From Azolla caroliniana (Eukaryota; Plantae; Polypodiophyta), in contig JBHGNT010000001.1 in assembly GCA_043228905.1 (NCBI GenBank), positions 11,160,001 to 11,224,000 of the forward strand: 64,000 bases of DNA, written 5' to 3'. The number at the start of each line of letters is the position of its first letter. Position 1 is the first letter of the stretch. A program made the translations under genes and the position numbers. Shown here in pieces: positions 62,001 through 64,000 of this stretch. Under the pieces are notes generated by a model. The model was given only the letters and a program-made list of their open reading frames with translations. It was not told the origin of the DNA and made no database searches.

Positions 62001-63538
62001 CGAGTTTGATTAACACGTGTACATGGTACAACCCCTCGGATTTCACTCCGAAATGAATACCTCGATTGTCTACCGGTTGAAGAAGTCCCTTTATGGACTA
62101 AAGCAAGCCCCGCGTGCTTGGAACGCGAAAATCACGCAACGATTGCGTCAGATGGGATTTGCGACGTCCAAATCGGACTCTTCACTGTTCATTTGGAAAG
62201 GTCGACTCGGGCCAGTTAGTATTTTTCTTTATGTTGATGACTTGTTCATCACCAGCGCCGACCTAGGTGAAATTGAGCGTGTAAAGCTCTAGCTCACGAC
62301 ATCATTTGACATGAAGGACCTAGGGGACCTTCATTACTTCCTTGGGTTCGAAGTGATCCGTACCCCCGAAGGCATACTGATCAGCCAACGACATTACGTG
62401 TTATGTAATCTCTTTAAGTTCGGGATGGCAGATTGTAAGTTCGTCTCGACTCCTTTGGATAGAACTGTCAAGCTTCGCCCCGACTCCGGAAAGGTTTGCG
62501 ACCTGAAGAGGTTCCGACATATTGTCGGAAGCCTCATATGCTTGACTATCACTCGACCAGATGTCAGTTACCCGGTCGGTGTGATTAGTCAGTTCATGGT
62601 GTGGCCAACCGAGGAACACCTTCAGTGCACACAACGCGTACTCCGGTACGTCAGTGGCACTAAGGACCGGGGGTTACTATATTGGACCGATACTGCCGTG
62701 CAGTTAGTCGGCTACACTAATGTTGATTGGGCCGGAAACGCCGGTGATCGCCGATCCACATCCGGATTTGCGTTCTCTCTTGGGAGCGTCGTGATCACGT
62801 GGAGTAGTAAGAAGCAACCGACAATTGCCCTGTCAAGCACCGAAGTCAAGTATAGAGGAGCGGTTGTCGCAACATGCGAAGCCATCTGGTTGAAACGACC
62901 ACTTAAGGATTTGCAGGTGGAGGTGTCCAATCCGACGACGATCTACTGCGACAACCTCAACAACATCCAATTAGTGAAGAACCCTATCTTCCACGCCCGG
63001 ATTAAGCACATTGAGGTGCACTACCACTTTGTCTGCGAGCGTGTCCTCTCCAGTGAAGTCGAACTTCAGTATGTTCCGACGGATCGGCAGACCACTGACA
63101 TTTTCACCAAGCCCCTTGGTCTCGTCAAGTTGCTACCATTCTCGGGTGCGCTTGGGTTGTGACACCTCGATGTGCCGAACTTGAGGGGGAGAGACGCCGA
63201 ATCAACTATGGGCCAAGCAGAAGAAAGGGCAGCCGAAGAAGCGCCAACACCGCGACAACAAGGGAGCTGAGAAGAGCCGCACTAGCACACACGCTGACTG
63301 GAAGGGTCGAGGCACGTGGAATCGAACAGGACGAGGAGTGTGAGTGAGGCGTGAAGCCAGAAGAAACCGGAGTGGTGATCCGGAAGAACCAGAAGAGCCT
63401 CAAGTTGAGCTTGAGGGGGAGTGTTGAGATACAAGCTCAACATTGGCCAGATCGGCTGTGCAAGACGAGAACCGGATCGGTTGGGACCGATTGGTTAGGC
63501 GTGACTGGTGAGTAAAACGGGTGCGTAAACCGGTACGC
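59050..63538 (+). mobile_element. Ty1/Copia element with an internal deletion; 5' LTR 59050-59478, 3' LTR from 63422 (interrupted)
   Basis: PBS TGGTATCAGAG, gag MDRGMASLLPTEKLDRKNY, INT QNGVAERKN, RT KKSLYGLKQAPRAW / LYVDDL, RH KHIEVHYHF and PPT GAGGGGGAG. Both LTRs start tgttgagatacaagctcaacattggcc. Confidence 0.93.
59552..60158 (+). mobile_element. Solo LTR (607 bp) inserted in the Copia 5'UTR
   Basis: TG...CA termini with a perfect 5-bp TSD GAAAA (59547-59551 and 60159-60163). The insertion is absent at the equivalent site in the 19182 copy. Confidence 0.85.
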
Positions 63539-64000
63539 TGTCGTGAAGATTTTCGACAAGAGTGTGAAAATCGCGTGGAACGAGGGAAATCGAGAAGGTG
63601 CAATGTGCACACACATGAAATGAGTGATGGTTAGACGCATATGTTAACACATTAATGTGCACGTGTGATGTGTGTTTAGGTGTTCATTACACAAATATAT
63701 AAAATAAGCCTAACGCATACAATGAGGTGCAAGTAAAGGTTTGAACCTTACACTTCTAAGATAGGAGGCAATTGACATACCATTAGACTAGGTTATCTCC
63801 TTTAAACTTATTTTTTTCATAATTTTTACACGAACTACTGGTACATGAGAGCTTGGATGAGGTACATGGTCATCATGCATCGCATGTGATGCATGAGCGC
63901 CAAATGGCAATCATGCATTGCATGCATTTCATACATTGTATGCATGTACTACACCCTCACATGCGCATATGCATGGGGGCATCTATATAAGAAGGAGAGG
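63539..64000 (+). mobile_element. LTR 5' part (family of 14329-14927) inserted into the Copia 3' LTR; contains a tRNA-like cassette
   Basis: Starts TGTCGTGAAGA at the point where homology to LTR 59050 stops. Antisense A-box TAGTCTAATGG and B-box GGTTCAAACC, CATG-rich block and TATA at about 63984. Confidence 0.7.

Overview
Eukaryotic land-plant nuclear DNA. The gene and TE families suggest a fern or other seed-free plant (inference). There are four host genes: a spliced RSRC2/SMAP-like RS-rich gene (- strand, runs off the left edge), an intronless 1452-aa SUVH5/6-type H3K9 methyltransferase (+), a 21-exon KLHDC4 kelch gene (+) and an intronless 738-aa coiled-coil gene (-). They flank two dense transposon nests at about 4.4-30.1 kb and 57.8-64 kb. 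The nests hold a Mutator-like remnant, Tat-like and chromovirus-type Gypsy fragments, several Copia families, solo LTRs and MITEs. They also hold one near-complete Gypsy (22067-29099) with 653-bp LTRs, a tRNA-Trp PBS and a 4-bp TSD. The most unusual signals are: (i) an LTR family carrying an antisense tRNA-like Pol III A/B-box cassette in two diverged copies; (ii) a -1 ribosomal frameshift signal (G GAU UUU plus hairpin) between protease and RT of the Gypsy; (iii) Tat-like elements with an antisense coiled-coil ORF directly behind the PBS; (iv) a conserved hairpin enclosing the Copia PPT. Everything was read by eye, and no database searches were run.
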